IMG/VR virus record: IMGVR_UViG_3300045988_169015
Location: 1-64,000 of that record
Origin: a virus
Reading direction: 5' to 3' (one strand)
Length of the DNA stretch: 64,000 bases
Below are positions 7,201 to 16,340 of the stretch, in pieces. Both the position numbers and the translations under genes were made by a program. Each line of letters opens with the position of its first letter. The first letter of the stretch is position 1. The notes under the pieces are model-generated. The model did no database searches, was not told where the DNA came from, and worked only from the letters and a program-made list of their open reading frames with translations.

Positions 7201-9599
7201 CCACAGGAGATGCTATAGAAGATAGTAAAGAAGAATTGACGTTCTTAGATGAGATTTTAAAATCCATTATTGAATCGTTCAAATCTTCTGATGCTGTTAA
7301 TAAGTTCAATAAGACGGTAAAGGATCTCAAACATCAATTAGCTACGGGTGAAATAAACCAAGAAACATATGACCAAGGTTTTGCAGCGGCTGTCACCACT
7401 TTAAAGAATACAGCAGCATCTAATGATTCAGAAGCTCAAGATCTGATCGACAGTGGTGAAGAGGAAATATATAATGCTAAGCTCACTCGGCTTCAGGAAA
7501 ACTTTGATGACGCAAAACTTATCATTGACAATGCTCGTGAAGACCTGCAGATAAGTGCCCTTGAATATCAAAAGCAATTTGCTGTTCTCAATGAACAGTA
7601 TTATGCTCCGGGCACAATGCTTGGCAATACAGAAGATGGCAAGAAACAGTATGAAGCTAATCTTCGTGAAATTGAAAAGCTTGCAGGAGACGCATTTAGC
7701 GACATTACCTCCAGAATTCAAAGTTCTATTGATTTTGGTAAGATAATTGATCCAAGCATTATTGATGATATTAAGGAAGTATTTGAAGGTCAAGAACTCC
7801 CCGATGCAGTTGCTCAATCAATTCAAAAGGGTATAGAAACAGGTGTATGGGACGCTACCGATTTGGCAGCTATGGCTCCTTATCTTTCGGAAGCACTACT
7901 CGGCAATTCTGAACAGCTGACCGGCGCACTTCAAGATGCGCTTGAACAACAGAAGAGTTACGTAACATCGGCATTTGAGTACGAAAAAGAGCAGCTCGAC
8001 AATCAGCTTGAAGCCGGACTTATCTCATCTGACGACTATATTGACGAATACACTAAGCTCTGGGAAAAGTATTACAAGGACAAGAAAGAATTTGCAAAGG
8101 AAGATTTGCAGACACAAAAAGACATCCTTGAAGCCTACAAGAGTGAAATTCAGAAACAGATAGACGGCTTAGACGCAATGTCCGAGCTGCAGACTCAGCC
8201 TTATCAGGACGAGATCGACGCACTGAACGATGTCCAAGACGAATACGACAAGATGATGGACAAGCGCATCAAGGCTCTGAACAAGGAAAAAGAGAAGCTC
8301 GAAGAGCAAAACAAGGAACGTGAAAAGGCAAACGACATACAAGACAAATATCTTGCGATGCAAAAAGCAAGTGTTAAAAAGTATATCGTACTGACCAACC
8401 ACGGCTGGGAAGCTCAGGCAGACAGTGAAGAGTATAAACAGGCTAAAAAGGAATACGAGGACGCAAAGCAGGACTCCGTAACAGATGCTATTGAAAAGCA
8501 GATCGACGCCCTTGAAAAAGAAAAAGAAGCCCGTGACGAGTCTATCCAGACCGAGATCGAGGAACGTGAAAAACAAATCAAGCAAATTGAGACACCTATC
8601 AACAATCTGACAAGGGTTCTGACGGCGCTCTTAGCGCAGCAATACAATCTTGATCCTGACTTTATAGCCCAGCTTTTGTCCAGCGCCGATGGTACAACAG
8701 CGCTCGAAGCTTTGAACAAGAAGATGGCTTTCAGTCAGTCTCAGGCTTCCGCTGCCGGCGTAGATGTTCCCGACGACACGCTTACCACTTCCGATGCCCA
8801 AAAAATGGTCGATGGATTGGCAGAAGAGAATAACCGTACTACGGAAGAGGTTGCCAAAAACATCGGACTTGACCTGAACAGCAGTAATTCTACAGCTGCA
8901 GAGACCACCAAATCGAGCAATACCACCGCACCTCAAGATGATGTTGTAACGGCAAACACCCAAGCCACCGAAGCTCTCACGGAAGAGATGAAAAAGTCTA
9001 ACGACAATGCCGAAAAGCAAAATGCCGATAGTAAGAGCGACAATAATAAAACTAAGGACATTACTGTCGGAGGATATAACCTCGTTGCTGATCCCAAGAC
9101 AGGTAAGCTTACAAAGAAACCCGTTACAATCAATGGTGAACCTGTTGAGGGTCTGGGTCACAAAGTCAATGCGACCACAAAGGCTGAACATAATAAGCAT
9201 AAGTCTGACTATCAAAAGGCGCTTGAAAGCGGAACGTTTACCGGCTCTTTCGCAGACTATATGAGGCAGCAAAGGGCTCGCAAAAAGGGTATCGTTCCTA
9301 TAACCGAGGCAACCGGCGGAGAAGCTAAAATTGTTGCCCAGGCAATTCAGGCGTTTACGAGAAGCGCTGATATTCCTATCAACTCGAACATCAAGACAAA
9401 TCAGCTTATCGAGCCTGCAGATGTGGTTCAGGTCAACACTCAGCCTGCGTTTAATTGTACGATCAACATTGAAGGCAGTGCCGATGAAAAGACCGTAGAA
9501 AAATTCCGCAGCGTATGTGAAAACGAGATCAACGGTTACTTCCAGTATCTCAATAACACAATGAACTCAGCGTTTGTTAAGTCACGCTATAGTAAATAA
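4203..9599 (+). CDS. tail tape measure protein (start uncertain)
   Basis: Uninterrupted 1798-codon ORF with charged, coiled-coil-like composition. It has a hydrophobic segment (AAMTAANIALSFGISLIVQAGISALAAWI) and lies upstream of the tail genes. The only in-frame canonical starts are TTG 4203, TTG 4260 and ATG 4464, and none has an SD. Confidence 0.8.
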   Translation: MSIFLKTIISHNYCFIDNRLNIFQPASVIKQIKEQWENKNNIFDIILDEQEIKKELDDAKGKIKDFSSDAYKYWKSIAEGTTEAKDTMGAYLATCVAGNRTVSEEGYQKYIGSTYIDYAQNNTNIQKIFDRYIELKGKIDDAQAVLEESKNNLGLFKPSLDDNAYEQAKKAVEDNTKTVESAQKAYREFDNSIRTVNTGIADFAQKQTLGAKSGKIYEHQARATAAAKTVEAAAMTAANIALSFGISLIVQAGISALAAWINSEKDAIKKANELADAFNTENDSINDNIDKIKELKDAIESGTLTDSEAYDKKKDLLEIQNDLYNTYGEEAAGIDLVNGKRDEEIAKLREIQKLKAQETLNNGGYAGEEAAEEYLAQKSKTGWNIFSSSGALSKFSLAGFTEAFSTNSDVKKKLRQEAERLGGQTNLLNGITTFDDVTYEEMIEIYDSLIQYINDNFEANDKEAAKWRNKLSERRRDLAESEDYKSSKEGYESGAKERIIANDDAYNYYLKIQQAIDDYNEAVVSGDTDEINKEIESLSKLKDGILDIEEAANHQNVADYFKEMFSVFDQDISEQKLRDAITTGISNNGKWGTISKALNGKTDVEAKAYLSNAENGLTDFLTVAQETFGTTIDGIISAFADLGIIESTTSSDTDAVTKSFSVLVEQMDTTRDKVDKFDTAMSKMMTGETMDSSEVNEILSFAPDLLSSVEKTANGYVIAYDKMAEAREKFVSSERKDISDEIKTNKKEETEIKKEIAELQNNLYTTDDPEEMLASWKSKLNKYTSLNDEVGIKQATENIDKYEKIIEQNKQINAKIDDRKNKIKDINAETAQYQFLLEQLENSTQNWVSILDSAANKFETITSKILEMRNQMAAYNELDPTTALDFMQQVPDWQKYLSVNNGKIVLNDLDNATLSEMIKKTSGLDNAYKALKNTTDKLSSAQEVFESKLKALKEKFGGANSEGKNSAQILSDMQASGKYTTKQLEEAAMRMGKFENGINATGDAIEDSKEELTFLDEILKSIIESFKSSDAVNKFNKTVKDLKHQLATGEINQETYDQGFAAAVTTLKNTAASNDSEAQDLIDSGEEEIYNAKLTRLQENFDDAKLIIDNAREDLQISALEYQKQFAVLNEQYYAPGTMLGNTEDGKKQYEANLREIEKLAGDAFSDITSRIQSSIDFGKIIDPSIIDDIKEVFEGQELPDAVAQSIQKGIETGVWDATDLAAMAPYLSEALLGNSEQLTGALQDALEQQKSYVTSAFEYEKEQLDNQLEAGLISSDDYIDEYTKLWEKYYKDKKEFAKEDLQTQKDILEAYKSEIQKQIDGLDAMSELQTQPYQDEIDALNDVQDEYDKMMDKRIKALNKEKEKLEEQNKEREKANDIQDKYLAMQKASVKKYIVLTNHGWEAQADSEEYKQAKKEYEDAKQDSVTDAIEKQIDALEKEKEARDESIQTEIEEREKQIKQIETPINNLTRVLTALLAQQYNLDPDFIAQLLSSADGTTALEALNKKMAFSQSQASAAGVDVPDDTLTTSDAQKMVDGLAEENNRTTEEVAKNIGLDLNSSNSTAAETTKSSNTTAPQDDVVTANTQATEALTEEMKKSNDNAEKQNADSKSDNNKTKDITVGGYNLVADPKTGKLTKKPVTINGEPVEGLGHKVNATTKAEHNKHKSDYQKALESGTFTGSFADYMRQQRARKKGIVPITEATGGEAKIVAQAIQAFTRSADIPINSNIKTNQLIEPADVVQVNTQPAFNCTINIEGSADEKTVEKFRSVCENEINGYFQYLNNTMNSAFVKSRYSK
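4218..4247. repeat. perfect 12-bp inverted repeat (AAAACAATAATT / AATTATTGTTTT), 6-nt spacer
   Basis: Read directly from the sequence. It sits 8 nt upstream of the -35 of the 4181-4209 promoter, inside the AT-rich 5' extension of the tape measure ORF. Confidence 0.6.
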
Positions 9600-9694
9600 A
9601 AAAATGCCCGTCTGAAATATGGCGGGCAGATATGTCTCTGATGCTGCACGAAGCTAAGAGGCACCAAATAAGAATGTAAAGAAAGGAGACTTCT

Positions 9695-10165
9695 ATGAAT
9701 AAGGAAGGTAAGCAAATACTTGATAATTTTCAAAAGACTATGACTACCGGTGTTAACGATAATGCCAAAGCCATTATAAAGAAATCCGATTTTGACAAAA
9801 CCCTCATCGGTTTTGTTTCAGATCAGCAAACCAAAAACGACGGCACGGTTCAATGGGAAATCCAGACCGAGGGCGCCGCTTATATGATAGATGCAAAGAA
9901 AAGCAATATTACGACTGTGGGTCAGAGGGTAAGACTGTATCTGCCGAATCATGACTATAGGAATAAGTATGCAGAGGTTATTGATGATATTTTTTCAAAA
10001 GAGAACTTAATTGAAATAGTCAAGGTATCCGATAATGAAGTTTATGGCTTATATCAGGATAGTGGAAATAAAAAAATAAAATATAAGCAAACAATTACCG
10101 CAGAAGGCAGTGGTAATGAACGCCATAATTTTGCGGAAAAGATAGAAATCATACAGGAGGGATAA
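9695..10165 (+). CDS. tail/baseplate-region protein (hypothetical)
   Basis: 156 aa with AAAGGAG RBS. First gene after the tape measure. Confidence 0.55.
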   Translation: MNKEGKQILDNFQKTMTTGVNDNAKAIIKKSDFDKTLIGFVSDQQTKNDGTVQWEIQTEGAAYMIDAKKSNITTVGQRVRLYLPNHDYRNKYAEVIDDIFSKENLIEIVKVSDNEVYGLYQDSGNKKIKYKQTITAEGSGNERHNFAEKIEIIQEG

Positions 10166-10167
10166 TT

Positions 10168-10521
10168 ATGACATTTGAAGATGCTACAAAAATAATGATT
10201 TGTCAAAGCCAAGACTCTGACGCCAATATAAAAACCGATGATCCTCCCTTATATAGTGTTGTTTTTTGTCCATATGATAATTACAGCTTTTACGAATATT
10301 CCGAAGATGGAAGTAAGAGTGAAAATAAAATCTTTGATAAAAATACTATAATAGAGACCTATTGGAAATGGTGGTATGATGATGATAATAAATATAACCA
10401 AATTTATAAATATAGGCATTTTAAAATAGAGGTAAAAAACGAAAATACTCATTTGGAGTGTGTAACAGCTGTAATTGATCTTGATAATAATTTAAAATAT
10501 ACAATACCCGAGGTGATATGA
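10168..10521 (+). CDS. hypothetical protein (low-GC insert in tail module)
   Basis: 117 aa with GGAGGG RBS. The start is 2 nt after the upstream stop. Confidence 0.5.
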   Translation: MTFEDATKIMICQSQDSDANIKTDDPPLYSVVFCPYDNYSFYEYSEDGSKSENKIFDKNTIIETYWKWWYDDDNKYNQIYKYRHFKIEVKNENTHLECVTAVIDLDNNLKYTIPEVI

Positions 10522-10829
10522 TAATGAATTATTCAGAAGCAGCAGCATTGATGATCGGTGGCACAAGCGGCAATACAAAACAACTTGAAATTCCCAATGA
10601 AGTAAAGTTTGAAGAAGTAACAGGCTATCCATTTAATTGTATGATTACCGAGACGTATGCCAAAAATGAATATCATTCCGAGTATCAAAAAAAGATTGGA
10701 TTATCTATAGCGAATTTAGGAACACCGAATGAATATGTTAGCAATATATACTTTTATGACAATCCAAATATTACGAATCCTTATAACTACGACAATTACG
10801 TGTTTTTCTCAAATTTCTATATAGGATAA
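10518..10829 (+). CDS. hypothetical protein (low-GC insert in tail module)
   Basis: 103 aa with GAGGTG RBS. It overlaps the upstream stop; ATG 10524 is an alternative start. Confidence 0.5.
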   Translation: MIMNYSEAAALMIGGTSGNTKQLEIPNEVKFEEVTGYPFNCMITETYAKNEYHSEYQKKIGLSIANLGTPNEYVSNIYFYDNPNITNPYNYDNYVFFSNFYIG

Positions 10830-10840
10830 AAGGTGATAGT

Positions 10841-12541
10841 ATGACACGAAGACAATTCTTAGGAAGGCTTTTTCAATATTATATCACAATAAGAAATTCT
10901 CAAAGTATTTATGGGATTTATCACCCTTGGGTTCAGAGACCTATTGGAAGTGAAGTTACTGTACATATCGGATACTTTGATTCATATTCTTTTCATGAAA
11001 CGGGGTCAAGGAAAGGAATAGATTCAAGGTATTATAACCCGGGTGCAGGTTTATCAGAATTCCAATACACATTTCCAATATTCTGTATATACGACATAAG
11101 CAAGGAAAATTCTTGTACAAAAGAAAACATGATCTATTGTAATGCTAAGATGTCTAAATCACGAGGCGGTTATAAAATAGACAGTTATAGCAGTACAACC
11201 GTTAAAACAAACAATGGATCATATCTCATACCAGTAGGTAGATATAAATTACAAATTATATTATCTGGCGCTGGATATAATTTTTCACAGACAGAATACT
11301 ATTTTGAAATCACTGATTGTCGTGGTAACGATAATGCTTATTCTTCTGGTATTCAATATTATAACATCCCAACAAAACACATTTATTTGGAATGTGGTTT
11401 TGATTACATATATTATGATGTAAAACAAGATAAAAAGATTATTAATGGAGCGGAACATTACAAAAAAGTAGGCACTATTCCAATCTCAAATGAAATAGTT
11501 GATTGTGGAACTGCAATAGAAGTTCTTCCACGCTTTAAATATATATCTGATGGTCTATTTTTTGATTACTATATTCAATATCATCGGGTTTCGAATGGAA
11601 GCACTAATTGGTCAAATAACTCTGATTCAAATTTGGTTAATATAGGAACTTTAAAATACAATAGAGGATATAGTCAATCCAAAGATCTTATTTTTGTATA
11701 TAATAACGGTAATGCAGACGCTTATCAATACAATTCTCTGGATAGTAGTTTTTGGATAGACAACACATTATCTTCTTATGTGTCTTATATACCACATTTG
11801 GGCGGTACAGCGTGGTGTGTATATCAATATTACAACATCTATAACCCCAACGATGAAAATTATTGTCCATACGTCTCTCTCTCAGGTGGAAATTTAACTG
11901 TAACAAGGAGAAAATATGTGGGAACATATAATTCGTTTAAACCACGTCCGTATGCGGAGAATTCATTTGTAGAAATGCAAATTTTTCAAGGAAAAAAGGA
12001 TGTTTCGATAATGGAGAATATAAATAACCTTGTAGCCATGCTTCCAGAATACGATCAAGATTTTCATTCTCGTAAAGAAAGAACCGATAATCATACGTGT
12101 CATAAACCAATATATAATAATGGACAGGTGCCAAATGAAAGTATAGCAGCCGTAAATAAAGAAGCTCCAGACGGATGTGATGTCTATTACTTTACATATA
12201 ATTTTGGTTCGTATTTGAATGGTTCTTATCAGCCCGATAAAGTCATTCAAATTCCAGCAAAAGAATTGCAAAATGGTTATTCAGAAGAGAACGTTTCAAT
12301 TATAAAAAGAACTCCATCATTTTCATCGGTAATAAAAGATGGGGGCTATGTTCATGATAGAACATGGACGATAGAGACTGACTGGGACGAACAAGAAACG
12401 AAAATTTCTAAATTTACTGGAAATATTGATTGGACAGGATACGAATGTCATACTATAGATAATATATGGGAAGGCAATATGTTGTATCGACCAAATGTTA
12501 TAGAGTATGGAGATTCATCAATAATACCAGAAACAACTTAA
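10841..12541 (+). CDS. hypothetical Tyr/Asn-rich 566-aa protein (structural by position)
   Basis: Long ORF with AAAGGTG RBS. No recognisable motif. Confidence 0.6.
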   Translation: MTRRQFLGRLFQYYITIRNSQSIYGIYHPWVQRPIGSEVTVHIGYFDSYSFHETGSRKGIDSRYYNPGAGLSEFQYTFPIFCIYDISKENSCTKENMIYCNAKMSKSRGGYKIDSYSSTTVKTNNGSYLIPVGRYKLQIILSGAGYNFSQTEYYFEITDCRGNDNAYSSGIQYYNIPTKHIYLECGFDYIYYDVKQDKKIINGAEHYKKVGTIPISNEIVDCGTAIEVLPRFKYISDGLFFDYYIQYHRVSNGSTNWSNNSDSNLVNIGTLKYNRGYSQSKDLIFVYNNGNADAYQYNSLDSSFWIDNTLSSYVSYIPHLGGTAWCVYQYYNIYNPNDENYCPYVSLSGGNLTVTRRKYVGTYNSFKPRPYAENSFVEMQIFQGKKDVSIMENINNLVAMLPEYDQDFHSRKERTDNHTCHKPIYNNGQVPNESIAAVNKEAPDGCDVYYFTYNFGSYLNGSYQPDKVIQIPAKELQNGYSEENVSIIKRTPSFSSVIKDGGYVHDRTWTIETDWDEQETKISKFTGNIDWTGYECHTIDNIWEGNMLYRPNVIEYGDSSIIPETT

Positions 12542-12561
12542 ATAAAGGACGGTGAATAAAA

Positions 12562-13125
12562 ATGTCAGAAACCCTATGGGGAATAAAAATATGGGACTCG
12601 ACAGGTATATATTACTATACCGAAGTCGATATCTCTCAGGATATACAACATAATCGCCCCACTGAGTCTCAGGTGGGCTTATATAACAAATACCCTTTCC
12701 ATACGCACAATGGAGAGGGCTTTTATTTTAGCGGCAGCTGCTCGGGTAATTTCTCGGACAACCAGTCCGGTGAATGTTACGAGGATTATAACTTCGACTA
12801 CCGTATTGACGAGAACGGAAACTACATATATAACACGGTGTATCTCGTTGGTTTTATGAAGTGGCTGCACAATGACCATATCAAGTATCTTCAGCTTTCA
12901 GAAAATTTCGTAATTCCCGTAGGCATTCTCGGTGAAGTATCGACTTCAACAGAACACACTATAGACGATGGCTACACTTGCAAGGTATCATTCAACTGGG
13001 AGCAGCTCGACGATGATTATTCGCTCATTGACAGTTCCGTAAAATATTGTCCCAAGTGCAACAGTATAACCGTCCCGACAGCGGTTTACTGCCAGAAATG
13101 CGGAACCAAGGTAGGTGGCACATAA
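12562..13125 (+). CDS. tail-region protein with C-terminal zinc ribbon
   Basis: 187 aa with AAAGGA RBS. C-terminal CPKCN..CQKCG. Confidence 0.55.
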   Translation: MSETLWGIKIWDSTGIYYYTEVDISQDIQHNRPTESQVGLYNKYPFHTHNGEGFYFSGSCSGNFSDNQSGECYEDYNFDYRIDENGNYIYNTVYLVGFMKWLHNDHIKYLQLSENFVIPVGILGEVSTSTEHTIDDGYTCKVSFNWEQLDDDYSLIDSSVKYCPKCNSITVPTAVYCQKCGTKVGGT

Positions 13126-14936
13126 TGGCTGTAAGTGACTACATACCTGCCGGAAAGTACGATATTGCTCAGCCAATACATGAGGGATATCTGACCAAAA
13201 TCCTGTATCCTCACGCTGTAACGGTCAAGCTTAAAGTTGAGATCTGTACTTACACGCCCTATGTGGTGCAGCCGTTGAGAGATATCTCGGACAGCGTTCT
13301 TGACTTTAGCTATGACTGCGACTGCGAGTCCAATCCTCGGCAGACCGCAAGCATTACTGTTAAAGTCGATAAGGACGACCAGCATTGGTTCATGCGCCGT
13401 GAAAACAAGAGCCGTGAATGGTTCGATGGCAACGCTACTCGTTCTGTAACGTGGCAGCCGCTTTTATACAAGATATCAAAACAATATTTCGTAGAGAACG
13501 ACCGCAGCAATCCGCAGGAAGTGAGCTTCGGGTATTTCGTACCAACAGACGATAGTTACACGTATGATTCCACTACAGGAACTATTCAGATAAATCTGTC
13601 GGGCATGACTATAAGCTTCACGAAGGAATACGGCGGCGGTATTACGATGGAGCGAGAAGGTAAGACATTTATTGACCCTAAAACGCATGAATATACAACA
13701 GTGGTGCTCCCCCGTTGTTACAAAATTCCTGCGGAGCAAAGCATTGACAATAAGTTGTTTTATAAGATCGCTATGGGTTCTTACACAAATGAAGAGCCTA
13801 ATCTCAGAAGTGAGTCAATGCCCGTACCTGTAACATACGCCTTGGTTGAAGGTCAGCAGCTTTATGATATCCCCTACGACCTTGAGTTTGATGCAGACAT
13901 TTGTGTCCAAGATGTATTTGATAAAGTCCTTGAGATAGCATATCCTGCGAGCAAGGGCAATCTGTGGATAGATGAAAACAGGACGCTGAGAGTTAAACCG
14001 AAGCCCACTATACGTGGCGACCTCGTTATGTACTGGCGTGATTACAAGGACATTGTTATCAGCGAGAACATCAGCTATAATGATTCGGGATTTTATAACA
14101 TCACTGAGGTTTACGGCAAGGACAATATCTATGCGGTATGCGAGCAGCACCATCTTGATATGGGCTTATATCCCAGAAAGCAGGTCATTACTGATGACAC
14201 GCTTCAGACGGAGGAACTTTGCCAGAAGAAAGCTAACTGGGAAAACTACAAATCTCGCTATGGTCGTATGAGTATTTCCGTAAGTCTTCAGGATAGGTAC
14301 ATGGCTGCATTCAGATATCCATCGCTTGCTGTTGGCAGGACTATTGAATACACGACCATTGACGGCGATACTAATTTGTACTATATAAATAAGATATCAA
14401 ATGGTTCTAACAACTGGACTATTGAGCTGACATTGTTTAAGCCACTGTATGAAGTTGATGACGACCGAATCAAGCAGACGCTGGCTATACCAGTGATATT
14501 TAATCATGAGATAATCAACGATGATTACAACTTTAAGATCAGGCTTTACGTCAAAGGTGCAGACATCGGGCTGGGTGTTGCCAAAATTTATGACGGCGAG
14601 GGTGGCTCTTTCGTCGGGGAAAGTACAAACACTTTGGGCACATATAAGCTAAACTGGGGCAATGACGGCGCATACAAAATCGTGGATATACCCATTACGC
14701 AGAATGGAAAGTACAGATTTGCTGCGGCGCTGTACAGTCCATTCTATGAAGACTCAGGACTGAGCGATTGGTATTATATCACGGTGGATGAAGTGACTAC
14801 TCGTCCTATAACCGAAGATCCCGATCCTTATCCTCATCCCAATATGTTTGAGCCTGATGGACCCCACGATCCATATCTGCTTACAAACGATAACAAGCAT
14901 CTTATTACAGATGACAACAAGCATGTTTCGCTATAA
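13125..14936 (+). CDS. large tail/baseplate structural protein
   Basis: ATG 13125 overlaps the upstream stop (TAATG), with AAGGTAGGTGG upstream. 603 aa. Function inferred from position only. Confidence 0.6.
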   Translation: MAVSDYIPAGKYDIAQPIHEGYLTKILYPHAVTVKLKVEICTYTPYVVQPLRDISDSVLDFSYDCDCESNPRQTASITVKVDKDDQHWFMRRENKSREWFDGNATRSVTWQPLLYKISKQYFVENDRSNPQEVSFGYFVPTDDSYTYDSTTGTIQINLSGMTISFTKEYGGGITMEREGKTFIDPKTHEYTTVVLPRCYKIPAEQSIDNKLFYKIAMGSYTNEEPNLRSESMPVPVTYALVEGQQLYDIPYDLEFDADICVQDVFDKVLEIAYPASKGNLWIDENRTLRVKPKPTIRGDLVMYWRDYKDIVISENISYNDSGFYNITEVYGKDNIYAVCEQHHLDMGLYPRKQVITDDTLQTEELCQKKANWENYKSRYGRMSISVSLQDRYMAAFRYPSLAVGRTIEYTTIDGDTNLYYINKISNGSNNWTIELTLFKPLYEVDDDRIKQTLAIPVIFNHEIINDDYNFKIRLYVKGADIGLGVAKIYDGEGGSFVGESTNTLGTYKLNWGNDGAYKIVDIPITQNGKYRFAAALYSPFYEDSGLSDWYYITVDEVTTRPITEDPDPYPHPNMFEPDGPHDPYLLTNDNKHLITDDNKHVSL

Positions 14937-14949
14937 GGAAGGTGATTAA

Positions 14950-16338
14950 ATGGCGAATGATATAAAAACCACGGCGCTGCCAAAAGTAACGGCGCTGTCG
15001 GGTTCCGATGATATTATAGTTAATGCTTCGGGCAAGACATCTCGTATCGGTCTCGACAGTTTTACCGCCAAGATATCAAGTTGGGATTCGATTGCAGACA
15101 AGCCTTTCGGCACGATAGACGGCAGCTATTTCAAGGTAAATGTAAATTCGGACAGTTCCATGCTGTCACTATCGGACGAACTGGTACAGAATATATCTGA
15201 TATGCAGAAAGATATTTCTGATATTCAGAAAGCAGAGACAGAAACGAGGGCAAATGTTGCGGAGCTTCAGACCGCATCACACGCTCATGCAAATATGCAA
15301 GTTATTGAGTTATTCGGTACGAATAACGAAGGAAAATTAACATGGAGCGATGTAGCTGTGGGCAGCGATTATACCCTCCCAGTAGCGACTACTTCTGCGC
15401 TTGGTGGCGTTAAGCCTGATGGTAATACAATAACTGTTGACGAGGACGGTACTATTCATGGTGCAAATACTTACACTCTTCCTATAGCAACAACAGCTGT
15501 TTTAGGTGGAATAAAGGTTGACGGCACTACTATTACTGTAAATTCCGAGGGTGTAATTACCTGCATTAACGATAGCAGTATTCCTAACTGGGTAGCAAGT
15601 ACAGCTTATACAATAGGAATGTTAGTTGTTAATGGAACGGTTATATATCAGTGTAAAACAGAACATACATCTGGTGCTACATTTGACGATACAGAAAAGA
15701 CTAACTGGACTGCCCTGACGGGGCAACAGGGTGAAAAGGGTGACAAGGGTGCTGATGGTGTTTCCCCTACTGCAAAAGTTACGCAGACCGACTTGGGAGC
15801 TACTATTACCGTGACTGATGCTAACGGAACCACTACTGCCAATGTGTCTAACGGTACATCTGCTATGCTGTCGGTATCACAGACTGAAACAGGTTGTACG
15901 GTAACTGCGACTGATGGCTCGGGAACGACCACTGCTACTATCTCTAATGGTACAAACGGTACTAATGGAGATGACGGAAAATCGGCGTATGCTATAGCAG
16001 TCGAAGAGGGTTTTAGCGGTGATGAGGCTGCTTGGCTCAACAGCCTGAAAGGTATAACGACCGTAACGTCAAGCGCTGTAAATTTGACGGGAACGTTAAC
16101 AGCTGATGGCTGGTCTGACACTGCTCCTTACACTCAGACTGTTACCGTAACTGGTTTAGCCGAGGACGGATATCCTATTCTGGATTTAATTACATCAGTT
16201 GATGTTACAACTGGAATTAACGAAAATAAACAGTGGGCATACATTACAAAGGCAACAACTGCCGAAAATACACTGGCAGTAAAATGCTATGAGAAAAAGC
16301 CTACTATTGCTTTGAATTTCGTTATAAAGGTGGTGTAA
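14950..16338 (+). CDS. tail fibre protein with collagen-like segment
   Basis: G-X-Y run GQQGEKGDKGADG. Tandem motif YTLP(V/I)ATT..LGG(V/I)K.DG.TITV occurs twice. AAGGAAGGTG RBS. Confidence 0.7.
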   Translation: MANDIKTTALPKVTALSGSDDIIVNASGKTSRIGLDSFTAKISSWDSIADKPFGTIDGSYFKVNVNSDSSMLSLSDELVQNISDMQKDISDIQKAETETRANVAELQTASHAHANMQVIELFGTNNEGKLTWSDVAVGSDYTLPVATTSALGGVKPDGNTITVDEDGTIHGANTYTLPIATTAVLGGIKVDGTTITVNSEGVITCINDSSIPNWVASTAYTIGMLVVNGTVIYQCKTEHTSGATFDDTEKTNWTALTGQQGEKGDKGADGVSPTAKVTQTDLGATITVTDANGTTTANVSNGTSAMLSVSQTETGCTVTATDGSGTTTATISNGTNGTNGDDGKSAYAIAVEEGFSGDEAAWLNSLKGITTVTSSAVNLTGTLTADGWSDTAPYTQTVTVTGLAEDGYPILDLITSVDVTTGINENKQWAYITKATTAENTLAVKCYEKKPTIALNFVIKVV

Positions 16339-16340
16339 AC

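Noticed and set aside
8631-9272. 213-aa minus-strand ORF, plus many other antisense ORFs nested in the tape measure gene (4215-9133)
   Set aside because: They are nested antisense to an uninterrupted 1798-codon ORF. Their translations are low-complexity, they lack RBSs, and no operon context supports them.
9606-9632. Stem-loop (TGCCCGTC..GGCGGGCA) just after the tape measure stop, considered as a terminator
   Set aside because: It has no U-tract after the stem, and the next gene follows as part of the same tail operon. At most it is an RNA-stability element.
15700-15990. Repetitive DNA in the fibre genes (also 21340-21420), considered as a possible tandem repeat or CRISPR-like array
   Set aside because: The periodicity is in-frame Gly-X-Y collagen-like and Thr-rich protein repeats. 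There is no repeat-spacer architecture, no leader and no cas genes. No CRISPR array is present in the window.
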